A stretch of 64,000 nucleotides of DNA from an uncultured Clostridium sp. Lineage in GTDB: Bacteria; Bacillota_I; Bacilli_A; RF39; UBA660. Below the pieces are notes generated by a model. That model saw only the letters and a list, made by a program, of their open reading frames with translations. It did no database searches and had not been told where the DNA came from. The position numbers were made by a program, and so were the translations under genes. The stretch is taken from contig CAJJPX010000001.1 in NCBI GenBank assembly GCA_905193755.1, positions 210,348 through 274,347 on the forward strand. Direction: 5' to 3'. This document shows, one piece after another, positions 29,153 through 38,210 of the stretch (position 1 is the first letter of the stretch; every line of letters starts with the position of its first letter).

Positions 29153-30883
29153 TTATGAATTTAAAGATTCATTTAAATATAGATTTTTATATAATTCACA
29201 TGTTTTTAATAATTCTTTATGTTTACCAGTCGCAACTACTTTACCATGATCAACAACATGTATTACATCAGCATCCATTATTGTTGAAAGTCTATGTGCT
29301 ACTATTATAACTGTATGATCACATACTAAGTCATCAATAGTTTTTTTAATGTAATTTTGACTATTATTATCTAAAGCACTTGTTGCTTCATCAAATAGTA
29401 TTATCTTACTATTTCTTGATAGTGTTCTTGCAATAGATAATCTTTGTTTTTGACCTCCAGATAAATTTACACCACCTTCGCCTAAAATAGTGTCATATCC
29501 TTTAGGTAGTGACATTATGTAATCATCTAGATAAGCCATTTTACAATACTTACGAATCTCATCTAATGTAAGACTCTCATCTACAATAAGAAAGTTCTCT
29601 TTTATACTTCTATTAAATATAAATGGTTCTTGTCTTATTATAGATATATTTTTTCTAAGTACATCTTCTTTTAATTCTTTAATATTAACATCATCAATAA
29701 GTATTTCTCCATCACTTGCATCAAATATTCTAGTCAGTAAGTTAAATAACGTACTTTTACCTTGACCAGAAGCACCTACAATAGCTACCTTTTTATTTGG
29801 TTCAACAACTAAATTAAAATTGTTTAGTGTTTCACTCTCATCAGGATAAGCAAATGATACTTTATCAAATTTAATAACCCCTTTAACATCCTCTAATTCT
29901 TTTAGACCGAACTTTTCATCTTCAAATAATCTATTATCTAAAATATCATTAACTCTTGAAACAGATACTTTAACACTTTGATATGTTTGTATTAACTCAT
30001 TAACATTTTCTATCATATTAGTAAATCTATATACATAGTATGTCATAGCTACTAAGAATGTTAATGATACTTGTTTATAATATAAAAGCACAATACAAGT
30101 AGCAAGTACTCCACATTCTAATAAAGATTTAAGTAAACCTGTTACTATATCAAAATTCTTTTTAGTATCAATTTCATTAGCTGACTTCTTGAATAACTTC
30201 TTAATAATCTCAATAACATTATTAATTAAATTATTTTTAACACCTAATGTTTTTATCTCTCTTATACCTCTAATTGACTCATTAGTTAAAGATATAAACT
30301 TATCTTGCTCTTTCTTTCTATCTTTATGAATACTCTCTAATATTGGATTATATTTCTTAATTACAAAGTATAATATTATCATAATTACTATGATCTCTAA
30401 ACCAATTATCCAAGAATTTATAAATATATATACTAGTAAAACCATTGATGTAACAAATACTGTTACCATATTCAATAGTCTTAAAAATACAAAACTTAAT
30501 GTATCAGCATCATTTGTTATACGATTTATTATTTCTCCTGAAGACATCTTTTCAAATGCTACTGCTGGTAAATTAATAGCTTTTTTATAAGCATAAAATT
30601 CTAATTTTCTTGTTAATATACTCTCTAATTTAGATAACATTGATTTAGCTTTAAGATAAAGTACACCATCAGTAGTAATCTCTAATACAAAATATATTCC
30701 AATATATATAAGAGCTGCTTTAAGATTTAACTCAGTTATTGATTCAACACTTTTACCATTTAAATAACCAGTAAATATCTCACAAAATCCACATATTACA
30801 ACTATTATACTAGATAAGATAAGTTTTCCCTTTTCTTCTTTCATTAACTTAATTAGAGGTTTAAATTCTTTTAAATCCTTCAT
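29153..30883 (-). CDS. ABC exporter, fused permease and ATPase (MsbA/BmrCD-like half transporter)
   Basis: Six-TM N-terminal domain, GASGQGKST, LSGGQKQRLSIAR, ILFDEATSALD. Confidence 0.9.
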   Translation of the reverse strand: MKDLKEFKPLIKLMKEEKGKLILSSIIVVICGFCEIFTGYLNGKSVESITELNLKAALIYIGIYFVLEITTDGVLYLKAKSMLSKLESILTRKLEFYAYKKAINLPAVAFEKMSSGEIINRITNDADTLSFVFLRLLNMVTVFVTSMVLLVYIFINSWIIGLEIIVIMIILYFVIKKYNPILESIHKDRKKEQDKFISLTNESIRGIREIKTLGVKNNLINNVIEIIKKLFKKSANEIDTKKNFDIVTGLLKSLLECGVLATCIVLLYYKQVSLTFLVAMTYYVYRFTNMIENVNELIQTYQSVKVSVSRVNDILDNRLFEDEKFGLKELEDVKGVIKFDKVSFAYPDESETLNNFNLVVEPNKKVAIVGASGQGKSTLFNLLTRIFDASDGEILIDDVNIKELKEDVLRKNISIIRQEPFIFNRSIKENFLIVDESLTLDEIRKYCKMAYLDDYIMSLPKGYDTILGEGGVNLSGGQKQRLSIARTLSRNSKIILFDEATSALDNNSQNYIKKTIDDLVCDHTVIIVAHRLSTIMDADVIHVVDHGKVVATGKHKELLKTCELYKNLYLNESLNS

Positions 30884-30894
30884 CTTTTACCTCC

Positions 30895-30920
30895 AAAAAA
30901 CTACTCTAATAAGAGTAGTT
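30895..30920 (-). terminator. Terminator/attenuator hairpin between the leader ORF and the ABC exporter
   Basis: The minus strand reads AACTACTCT-TATT-AGAGTAGTT, a perfect 9-bp stem. It is followed by TTTT and runs straight into the exporter SD (GGAGG). Confidence 0.6.
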
Positions 30921-30940
30921 AAATATTTAAATATCAAACG

Positions 30941-31033
30941 TTATAAAGTTTGTGGAAAACATTGAAGATTCCCACTTCCTTTATTAAAACTCTTATCATT
31001 AAAAACATATAAATTCAAATTTAAAATCTTCAT
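30941..31033 (-). CDS. 30-aa leader or small peptide ORF (MKILNLNLYVFNDKSFNKGSGNLQCFPQTL)
   Basis: Not in the ORF track. ATG sits 7 nt after AAGGAG, with its own promoter upstream. The stop is 20 nt before the hairpin. Confidence 0.45.
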   Translation of the reverse strand: MKILNLNLYVFNDKSFNKGSGNLQCFPQTL

Positions 31034-31066
31034 TTCTTCCACTCCTTTCTCTTTAAATTCAACAAA

Positions 31067-31095
31067 AATATATCATAAATATTTCACAAAGTCAA
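31067..31095 (-). promoter_or_regulatory. Sigma-A type promoter for the leader ORF and ABC exporter
   Basis: The minus strand reads TTGACT, a 17-nt spacer, then TATATT. Confidence 0.6.
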
Positions 31096-31098
31096 ATT

Positions 31099-31836
31099 TT
31101 AATTACAGAATCCTTCATAATGTACTTTTAAGCTATTATTATCTATGTCTACATAGTCACATGTATTAAGAGCATTAATTTCCTTTTTTATATGATCCAA
31201 AGTACACTTTATTTCATTATGATCTTCATCATAACATTCAGTAATTTCTTTTAGATATCTTTCATCAGTATAACCATCTTTTTCAAGTGCTTCTGTTGCT
31301 GTTATAATTTTATCATTTTTAACATCATAGAAGTAATTATATTTAAATGTTCCATCTCCACTTGCATTCCATGGATTTAATTCAACTATAACTAAAATAC
31401 TTACTATGTCATTCTTTACAAGTGATTTATATTTAACATTTATATCCGCAACATCACCTGTTTCACATCCTTTTGGATTTTCATCAGTGTTACATCCTGC
31501 TTCGATTGGTAGAATTATTCTAGAAATAACATCATCAAGAATTTTTTTATTTATTACTTCAGAATTATCTTTACCACCTATTATTTTAGGAATAATTATT
31601 TTAATTTTATTTGCACTTTCAGAACCAAAATAACTAGGTACAGTATTAGTAGCATCAACAACACTAACTTTATTTTCAACTGTTTCTTCTTTTTTATCAT
31701 CAAGTACTTTATCCTCACACTTAGGACAACTAACATTTTTTCCTTTATACCACATATAACCAAAACCACCAACTGCACATAATACAATTATTAAAAGTAT
31801 AATTAACACTATATTAACATTCTTTTTTCCTTCCAT
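31099..31836 (-). CDS. Hypothetical membrane-anchored protein
   Basis: ATG at 31836 behind AGAGGTG. One TM helix and a Cys-containing extracytoplasmic domain. Confidence 0.6.
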   Translation of the reverse strand: MEGKKNVNIVLIILLIIVLCAVGGFGYMWYKGKNVSCPKCEDKVLDDKKEETVENKVSVVDATNTVPSYFGSESANKIKIIIPKIIGGKDNSEVINKKILDDVISRIILPIEAGCNTDENPKGCETGDVADINVKYKSLVKNDIVSILVIVELNPWNASGDGTFKYNYFYDVKNDKIITATEALEKDGYTDERYLKEITECYDEDHNEIKCTLDHIKKEINALNTCDYVDIDNNSLKVHYEGFCN

Positions 31837-31918
31837 ATACTTCACCTCTATTATAGAATAACACACAAAAAATATTTATTCAAGCACAATCAAAAAAGTT
31901 CAACCATAAAATTGAACT

Positions 31919-32992
31919 TTATTTTATATTAAGAATTACATATTCACTATGCACATCTGTTCTAATTGGTATTCCCCAACCTGCTATACCTGAAGTAACT
32001 ACTTTATTAAAAGCATCTTCTTTTTCATATCCATAAATCATATCAGAAGTTTTAAATATTTCTTGAAATAACTTAGCTGGGAATATTTGGCCAGCATGAG
32101 TGTGACCACTAAGTATTAAGTCAGTTCCAACTTCTTTAGCACTCTTATAGTCAACTGGTATATGAGCAAGTACTATCTTATAGTCTTCACTGTTTACATT
32201 TTCTACAAGTTCACTCATACTCTTCTTGTAACCATTACTTCTACCTATAATAGTTAATTCATCATTAATTCTATAATTTTCATCTTCTAATATTTTAATA
32301 CCATTACCTAATATAGTATTTTTAAGTGTCACTTTATTATAATTTTTACCATTACTATAATTATTCTCATCATGATTACCATAACTATAAAATATTCCAT
32401 AATTAGTTTTAAGACCACCTAATATTCTAAAACATTCTTCCATTCCTTGGAGATTAGTATTTTCATCAACTATATCTCCAACAAGAAATACAAAATCAGG
32501 ATTTAATTCGTTTATTTTAACAATTACTTTTTGAAGCTTATCACCAGTTATCGCAAGTCCATAATGTAAATCAGTTATAAGTATTCCTTTATATTTATTA
32601 TTAAGTTTATTATTAGAACTTATATCATAACTAACACTTCTAATATCATAAATGTTATAGTAACCATAACATACAAATAAGAAACTAAATACTGCAGGCA
32701 ACAATAAATATATTTTCATAAACCATTTATATTTCTTTAAAAATTTATAAAATAACATAACTATTAAATAAATAAGTATTAAATAAAGAATAAATATCAT
32801 AAATAACGCAACTACCTTATTCATCATTGAAAGTACTAAACTACTATAAAATACAAGAACACTTATAATACTTAAAATATTTTTATTAACCTTAATCTTT
32901 AATTTATCACAAACCTTATATAAATATTTATAAAAGGCAAGTGTTAAAAACATAAGAAATATAAAAAATAAAATTCCATATAAATAAAACAT
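31919..32992 (-). CDS. Membrane-bound metallophosphoesterase
   Basis: Four N-terminal TM helices, then DLHYG, GDIVDE, GNHD and GHTH. Confidence 0.85.
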   Translation of the reverse strand: MFYLYGILFFIFLMFLTLAFYKYLYKVCDKLKIKVNKNILSIISVLVFYSSLVLSMMNKVVALFMIFILYLILIYLIVMLFYKFLKKYKWFMKIYLLLPAVFSFLFVCYGYYNIYDIRSVSYDISSNNKLNNKYKGILITDLHYGLAITGDKLQKVIVKINELNPDFVFLVGDIVDENTNLQGMEECFRILGGLKTNYGIFYSYGNHDENNYSNGKNYNKVTLKNTILGNGIKILEDENYRINDELTIIGRSNGYKKSMSELVENVNSEDYKIVLAHIPVDYKSAKEVGTDLILSGHTHAGQIFPAKLFQEIFKTSDMIYGYEKEDAFNKVVTSGIAGWGIPIRTDVHSEYVILNIK

Positions 32993-33054
32993 ATCTTACC
33001 GCCTTAATTATTATATCATAGTATTTTTATTATGTTTAAGTAAATAATATAATT

Positions 33055-34449
33055 ATGGATATAATAAGTAAGCTAAAATCTAAGAAAGAACATATGCCAG
33101 ATCTTCAATTAAAAGAAGTTTCTTTTGGTATAAATAAAATTTATATAGTTAATATTCAAACTGTTTCTTCAAGTACACTTACTAATGAATTTATTCTTGA
33201 TTATATTTCTAAAAGAAGTCTTTTAAAAAACGAGCTCATCACTTCTCTTAAAAAAGATATTATGAATTATATACCATCTATTAGTTTTATAGATATAGAT
33301 TCTAAAGATGTAATGGAATACTTATTTAATGGTTTTAGTATCATTATTTATCATGATGAATGCATTGCATTAGAGACAAGAGCTAACATTGATAGAGGCG
33401 TTAATGAACCATCTAGTGAACCTACTATTAAAGGCCCAAAAGATGCTTTTAATGAAAATTATAATACTAATATAGGTCTAGTTAGAAAAAGAATCAAAGA
33501 TGAAAATCTTTATATGAAAGAACTTACTCTTGGTACTAGAACTAAAACTAAAGTAAGTATTCTTTATATGAATGATATAGTTGATAAAGAATTACTAGAA
33601 TGTACTATAGATAAAATAAGTAATATAACTAGTGATAAAGTACTTGATACTTACTATATAAAAAGTCTTATTAGTGGTGAAAACAAATCATCATTTCCAT
33701 CTATTAAATCAACTGAAAAACCTGATAGTATAGCTAAAGGTCTTACTGAAGGTAAAATATGTATAATATCAGAAAACTCTTGTAACGCTCTTATTATACC
33801 AACATTTTTTATAGATTACTTTCATAATGACGAAGATATTTATCAAAAAAGTTTATACGTTGAATTTGTTAAATTTATAAGAATACTAGCACTTTTTATA
33901 ACTATATTTGCTCCATCTATATACCTTGCAATTATTACTTATGATCAACAAATACTTCCAACAAGTTTACTTATAAATTTTTCTCTTCAAAGAGCAAGTG
34001 TACCTTTTCCAGCACTCATCGAAGCATTCAGTTTAATGTTTACTTTTGAACTTCTTTATGAAGGAGATGCACTGACTCCATCTTCGAGAGGTACTTCTCT
34101 TTCAATATTAGGTGCTTTAGTTTTAGGTGATGCTGCAGTAAGTGCAGGAATAGTATCTCCTATCACGGTTATAGTAGTAGCAGTAACAGCGATCTCATCA
34201 ATATTCTTTGTTTACTATGATTTTCAATCATTCATAAGACTCTATAGATATAGTTTAATGATACTATCATCTATATTTGGAATAATCGGAGTACTATTTG
34301 GTTTCATATTTATAATTACTAATCTATGTAGTATTAAATCATTCGGAAAACCATTTATGTATCCAATAAGTCCAAAATTAAATATAAAAGGAAGAAAACA
34401 ACTAATAAAAAGAGGCCTTCTACCTCAAAATAGTAATAAAGGAGAATAA
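33055..34449 (+). CDS. Spore germination protein, GerA-family A subunit
   Basis: Typical GerAA blocks (PTIKGPKDAFNE, FPSIKSTEKPD, VPFPALIEAF) and C-terminal TM helices. The start is uncertain because there is no clear SD. Confidence 0.88.
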   Translation: MDIISKLKSKKEHMPDLQLKEVSFGINKIYIVNIQTVSSSTLTNEFILDYISKRSLLKNELITSLKKDIMNYIPSISFIDIDSKDVMEYLFNGFSIIIYHDECIALETRANIDRGVNEPSSEPTIKGPKDAFNENYNTNIGLVRKRIKDENLYMKELTLGTRTKTKVSILYMNDIVDKELLECTIDKISNITSDKVLDTYYIKSLISGENKSSFPSIKSTEKPDSIAKGLTEGKICIISENSCNALIIPTFFIDYFHNDEDIYQKSLYVEFVKFIRILALFITIFAPSIYLAIITYDQQILPTSLLINFSLQRASVPFPALIEAFSLMFTFELLYEGDALTPSSRGTSLSILGALVLGDAAVSAGIVSPITVIVVAVTAISSIFFVYYDFQSFIRLYRYSLMILSSIFGIIGVLFGFIFIITNLCSIKSFGKPFMYPISPKLNIKGRKQLIKRGLLPQNSNKGE

Positions 34450-35516
34450 TGAAAAAAATACTAATACTTTTAATAATGATTTTATCCTTAACTGGATGTA
34501 AAGACTACATAGAAATAAATGATTTAGCAATTCTAACAGGTATAGTTATAGACTACACTGATAATATGTATGAAGTAACTGCCCAACTAATAGTTAATGA
34601 CAAAGAAAGTAATACTGAAATATTTACTACAAAGTCTTCCTCAATTAATGAAGCAATAGCTGAACTATCAAAACTAAGTAACAAAGAAGTATTTATTTCA
34701 CACCTAAAAGTTCTAATAATAACAGAAAACATAATAAAAAATAATATAGATTTTAAAGACTATTTTCTAAGAAGTTCTAAATCAAAAATGAATTTCTATG
34801 TTTACATAATAAACCAAAATATAAAAGATAAAGTATTAAATATATACAAAGAAAATGATGGCTCAGCTATATACTTAGAAAAAATGATGAAATTTAATCA
34901 AAATATTTTTTCATCTTCTACCCCATTAAAATTCTCAGAATATGCTTATTACTCCATTGAAAAAGGATATACTAATATTTATCCAAAAATAGATATAATT
35001 AAAAACAATGATAAAGAAGTATTATATCTATCAAACTTAACAACTTTTAATAATGAAAATGAAATAGATCTTACAGAAAACGAATCTATTTTCTATAATA
35101 TACTAACTAACAAAGCTAATAAAAGTTCGCTAACTATAGATTGTGATGATAACACCTTCTCTATTGAAATACAAGATATTAAAACAAAGTATAAACTAAA
35201 AGATAATAAGTTATATCTAAATAATAAATCTAAAACTAAAATAATTGATTATAAATGTAAATATAATTTAAATGAAAAATCTTCTATAGAGAAACTAACT
35301 AACTTAACAAACGAATATATAGAAAACAACATAAATAATTTAATAGATTTTATTAAAAAGAATAACACAGATATTATAGGTATTGGTTCTTATATTTATA
35401 AACATAAAACAAGCTATTTTAATGATAAAGATAAATGGAATACATATTTAAATGATATAAAAATAAATGTAAAATCTAATACTAATATAACATCTCTAGG
35501 AGAAATAAAACGATGA
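34449..35516 (+). CDS. Spore germination lipoprotein, Ger(x)C subunit
   Basis: Lipobox LSLTGC. Overlapping ATGA junction with the A subunit. SD AAAGGAG. Confidence 0.8.
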   Translation: MKKILILLIMILSLTGCKDYIEINDLAILTGIVIDYTDNMYEVTAQLIVNDKESNTEIFTTKSSSINEAIAELSKLSNKEVFISHLKVLIITENIIKNNIDFKDYFLRSSKSKMNFYVYIINQNIKDKVLNIYKENDGSAIYLEKMMKFNQNIFSSSTPLKFSEYAYYSIEKGYTNIYPKIDIIKNNDKEVLYLSNLTTFNNENEIDLTENESIFYNILTNKANKSSLTIDCDDNTFSIEIQDIKTKYKLKDNKLYLNNKSKTKIIDYKCKYNLNEKSSIEKLTNLTNEYIENNINNLIDFIKKNNTDIIGIGSYIYKHKTSYFNDKDKWNTYLNDIKINVKSNTNITSLGEIKR

Positions 35517-36616
35517 AAAATAAGAATGAAAAAGTAAATAGTTTTTCTTTAAGTATTTTAGTAATAACTTTAAGTGGTGCTCCATTTTGGGGAATACTTA
35601 CTAGTTATCTTCTTTATAATTCAAAAGAAGCTACACCTATCTCTATGTTAATAGGTTATTTTTTAGGCCTTATTATTTCTAAAATATTTTTATCTTTCAA
35701 TGATACTCATAAGGATTTAATAAGCTCAAAAAAGATAGAAAAAATATATAGTAAATTCTCAATAGTTATAAACATTATAGAAGCGATACTTGCTATATTT
35801 ACATATATTTTTCTTTGTTATAGACTTTCTTCATTCCTATCAAGTCAATATTTAATTGAAACTCCTGATATATATTTTTTTATTCTAATTTTAGCTTTAA
35901 CTTTCTATATTGCTAACCAAGGCATTGAAACACTAACTAGAGTAACTATCATATCTATTTATGTAGCTATTACTATATTTGTTTTTGACTACATTAACTT
36001 ATTTAAAGAAATCAACTTTAATAATTTTTTACCTATTTTAACAGTAAATTTCAAAAGTATAATAAAGTCTTCAATTATATATGCATTATTTTCATCTGTT
36101 CCACCTATGTTTGCGATGAGTATAAGTAAAACTGATATAATTGATCATGAAAACTTCAATAAAATGTATTATAGGATGTACTCCATTTCATTTATTATCC
36201 TATTAATAGCCATAACAACTACTATAGGTGTCTATGGTATAAACTTATCTAGTTTATTTGATTATCCATTATATACAGTACTTAAAAAAATAGAAATATT
36301 CTCATTCATAGATTCTATTGAAAATATAAGTGTTATACTTTGGATTCTATACTCCATAAATGCTGCATCTGCAGTGCTTCTTTCCATATTTAACAATTTA
36401 AAAGAAGCACTAAATTTAGACAAAAAGAAAACAAAATATTTTAAAGCATTAACTATGTTATTAATACTAATTATAACAATATTCTTTTATAAGAAAAATA
36501 GTTATATAGAAACAATAGAATATATAAAATATCCAGTTTATGTAACATTTATATTATTTATGTTAACATTTATATCTCTAATAATAAGTAAAATAAAATC
36601 AAGAAAAAAGAGCTAA
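35513..36616 (+). CDS. Spore germination protein, GerAB-type permease-like B subunit
   Basis: Roughly 10-TM protein, translationally coupled to the C subunit. Confidence 0.8.
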   Translation: MKNKNEKVNSFSLSILVITLSGAPFWGILTSYLLYNSKEATPISMLIGYFLGLIISKIFLSFNDTHKDLISSKKIEKIYSKFSIVINIIEAILAIFTYIFLCYRLSSFLSSQYLIETPDIYFFILILALTFYIANQGIETLTRVTIISIYVAITIFVFDYINLFKEINFNNFLPILTVNFKSIIKSSIIYALFSSVPPMFAMSISKTDIIDHENFNKMYYRMYSISFIILLIAITTTIGVYGINLSSLFDYPLYTVLKKIEIFSFIDSIENISVILWILYSINAASAVLLSIFNNLKEALNLDKKKTKYFKALTMLLILIITIFFYKKNSYIETIEYIKYPVYVTFILFMLTFISLIISKIKSRKKS

Positions 36617-36620
36617 ATTA

Positions 36621-37115
36621 TTATCTAGCTCTCATATGATCAACTTTACCCTGTAAATAGTTTTCTAAATCTTCACGACTAAATGGTTCTAAACTTGCTT
36701 CAAAGTATTTACCATCTCCATAAGTAGTCTTTCTAACCACTTTAGAATCTTTAAAATTAAAATAATCAACTACTTCATAAGGTCTTTTATCCATAATTGA
36801 ATCATGTAATGGAGTTAATTCACTGCTAACATATACTTTGTTACCAATACTCTTAATAACACCATTTAACCATTTATTTTCGGCTTCACTAGCAATAGCC
36901 CCATTAAAACCAACTTCACCATTTTCTAATTTTTCAAGTGACATAGTTACCAAATCATAAGAACTACTCTTAGATTCTTTAATATTACGTTCACTATCAG
37001 TCATTTCTTTAATATGTCTGATAATATCAATATAATAATCTCCTTCTTCATCACTTAAGCCTTTATAACTGAATCTTAATTCATATAGAATTCTATCTTC
37101 ATAATTCATAAACAA
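36621..37115 (-). CDS. Hypothetical protein (164 aa)
   Basis: ORF with SD AAGGCGGGG. It starts only about 12 nt after the terminator of the rpsP/KH unit. It does not resemble RimM. Confidence 0.55.
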   Translation of the reverse strand: MFMNYEDRILYELRFSYKGLSDEEGDYYIDIIRHIKEMTDSERNIKESKSSSYDLVTMSLEKLENGEVGFNGAIASEAENKWLNGVIKSIGNKVYVSSELTPLHDSIMDKRPYEVVDYFNFKDSKVVRKTTYGDGKYFEASLEPFSREDLENYLQGKVDHMRAR

Positions 37116-37126
37116 CCCCGCCTTTT

Positions 37127-37152
37127 AAAAAAGAAATAGTTTGCCTATTTCT
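37127..37152 (-). terminator. Terminator after the KH-domain gene
   Basis: AGAAATAG-gcaaa-CTATTTCT followed by TTTTTT on the minus strand. Overlaps the stop codon. Confidence 0.65.
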
Positions 37153-37393
37153 AAAATGAATCTATGTTTACTTTTACTTTTCTACTACCTTCATTATAAG
37201 CTTTAGCTTGTATTAAAGTTTTAATACTAGTAGCAATTTTACCCTTTTTACCTATTACTCTACCCATATCACTTTCAGATACAAGTATTTCAATAGTAGT
37301 ATCATCTTCACTAGTAAATTCTTGAACTTTAACTAAATCAGGTTCTTTAACTAATTTCTTAACTATTAATTCAGAAAATTCAACTAAATTCAT
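37151..37393 (-). CDS. ylqC: KH-domain RNA-binding protein (YlqC/UPF0109)
   Basis: GRVIGKKGKIATSIKTL and the position directly after rpsP. Confidence 0.88.
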   Translation of the reverse strand: MNLVEFSELIVKKLVKEPDLVKVQEFTSEDDTTIEILVSESDMGRVIGKKGKIATSIKTLIQAKAYNEGSRKVKVNIDSF

Positions 37394-37662
37394 TATTTAC
37401 TATTTTTAGATTTATGGAATTCTTCCATAACACCTACTTCACTTAAAATGTTCTTAGCTGTATCTGTAGGTTGAGCTCCTTCCTTAAGCCATTTTAAAGC
37501 TGCTTCTTTATCTACATTATATTTAGTAGCTTCTAAAGGCATATAAGTTCCTATAGATTCAATAACATTACCATCTCTTTTAGCTCTAGAATCAGCTACT
37601 ACAACACGATAGTAAGGTCTTTTCTTAGCTCCCATTCTTTTAAGTCTAATTTTAACTGCCAT
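37393..37662 (-). CDS. rpsP: 30S ribosomal protein S16
   Basis: [31 protein letters not shown]. Confidence 0.97.
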   Translation of the reverse strand: MAVKIRLKRMGAKKRPYYRVVVADSRAKRDGNVIESIGTYMPLEATKYNVDKEAALKWLKEGAQPTDTAKNILSEVGVMEEFHKSKNSK

Positions 37663-37687
37663 ATCTTTCTCCTCCTCAGTGACTATT

Positions 37688-37716
37688 AATATACACTAAA
37701 TTAAATAGTATGTCAA
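37688..37716 (-). promoter_or_regulatory. Sigma-A type promoter for rpsP
   Basis: The minus strand reads TTGACA, a 17-nt spacer, then TATATT. Confidence 0.6.
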
Positions 37717-37739
37717 CCTTTTTTGGTTAACATACTATT
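37704..37739 (-). other. 15-bp hairpin whose 3' arm carries the rpsP -35 box
   Basis: AATAGTATGTTAACC-aaaaaa-GGTTGACATACTATT on the minus strand. The one non-Watson-Crick pair is U-G on the minus strand and C-A on the plus strand. Confidence 0.5.
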
Positions 37740-37870
37740 TTATTGATTTATTTAAAATTTACTTAAAATTAAATTTTATATATTAAACCATGATTGATAA
37801 TTAATTTTTTACATAGAGAAAAGTTAAATTTCCACTATGAAAATCTATCCTAAAATTAAATTTTATCCAT

Positions 37871-37899
37871 TTGCATTACTTTTCCATATATATTACTCT
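37871..37899 (+). promoter_or_regulatory. Candidate promoter for the small hydrophobic-peptide mRNA
   Basis: TTGCAT, a 17-nt spacer, then TACTCT. The predicted transcription start is about 37906-37907. Confidence 0.35.
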
Positions 37900-37906
37900 A
37901 CATGCC

Positions 37907-38141
37907 GAAGTGCCTGAGGCTAGGTGTCACCAAAGTTATTTTTTCTCTTCAGGGGGGATAATACGGAGGGGATATTGTATGAGTAAAAAGGATTTTTTGA
38001 TAGGTATATTACTTGTTATTATTATCTTGTTACTTTTTATAATAATTTTATTAATTTTTTTAAATTAATAAAAACACCTAACTCACTTTGTAGTTAGGTA
38101 TTACAACAACGTGATACCTAGCCCACAGGGGGCAGGTGCTT
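37907..38141 (+). other. Structured mRNA: long-range 5'/3' clamp enclosing the 29-aa ORF
   Basis: 37907-37916 pairs with 38132-38141 (10 bp). 37918-37930 pairs with 38110-38122 (13 bp). The three non-Watson-Crick pairs are all G-U on the plus-strand RNA. Confidence 0.5.
37979..38068 (+). CDS. 29-aa hydrophobic peptide (MSKKDFLIGILLVIIILLLFIIILLIFLN), candidate type I toxin
   Basis: ATG sits 7 nt after GGAGGGG. Single predicted TM helix. This is the internal start of the 65-aa ORF-track entry. Confidence 0.5.
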   Translation: MSKKDFLIGILLVIIILLLFIIILLIFLN

Positions 38142-38144
38142 CAC
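38066..38144 (-). ncRNA. Candidate antisense sRNA (putative antitoxin) overlapping the peptide mRNA 3' UTR
   Basis: Extended -10 element TGATAGACT (38151-38159) with TTTACA upstream. Hairpin ACCTAACT-loop-AGTTAGGT (38075-38098) followed by GTTTTTATT on the minus strand. Confidence 0.35.
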
Positions 38145-38188
38145 TAATAATAGTCTATCACATTTTAATATATATTGTAAATAATTTA

Positions 38189-38210
38189 TAAAAAAGAAGT
38201 ATACACTTCT
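38189..38210 (-). terminator. Terminator of the BspA-like surface protein gene
   Basis: AGAAGT-gtat-ACTTCT immediately after TAA, followed by TTTTTT on the minus strand. Confidence 0.6.

Noticed and set aside
37838-37918. 26-aa ORF MKIYPKIKFYPFALLFHIYYSTCRSA upstream of the clamp
   Set aside because: It has no SD and overlaps the candidate promoter. This is a typical chance ORF in AT-rich DNA.
37871-38068. 65-aa form of the small ORF, starting at TTG 37871
   Set aside because: The upstream 36 codons cover the predicted promoter and the clamp helix and have no SD. The ATG at 37979 sits 7 nt after GGAGGGG, so only the 29-aa form is credible.
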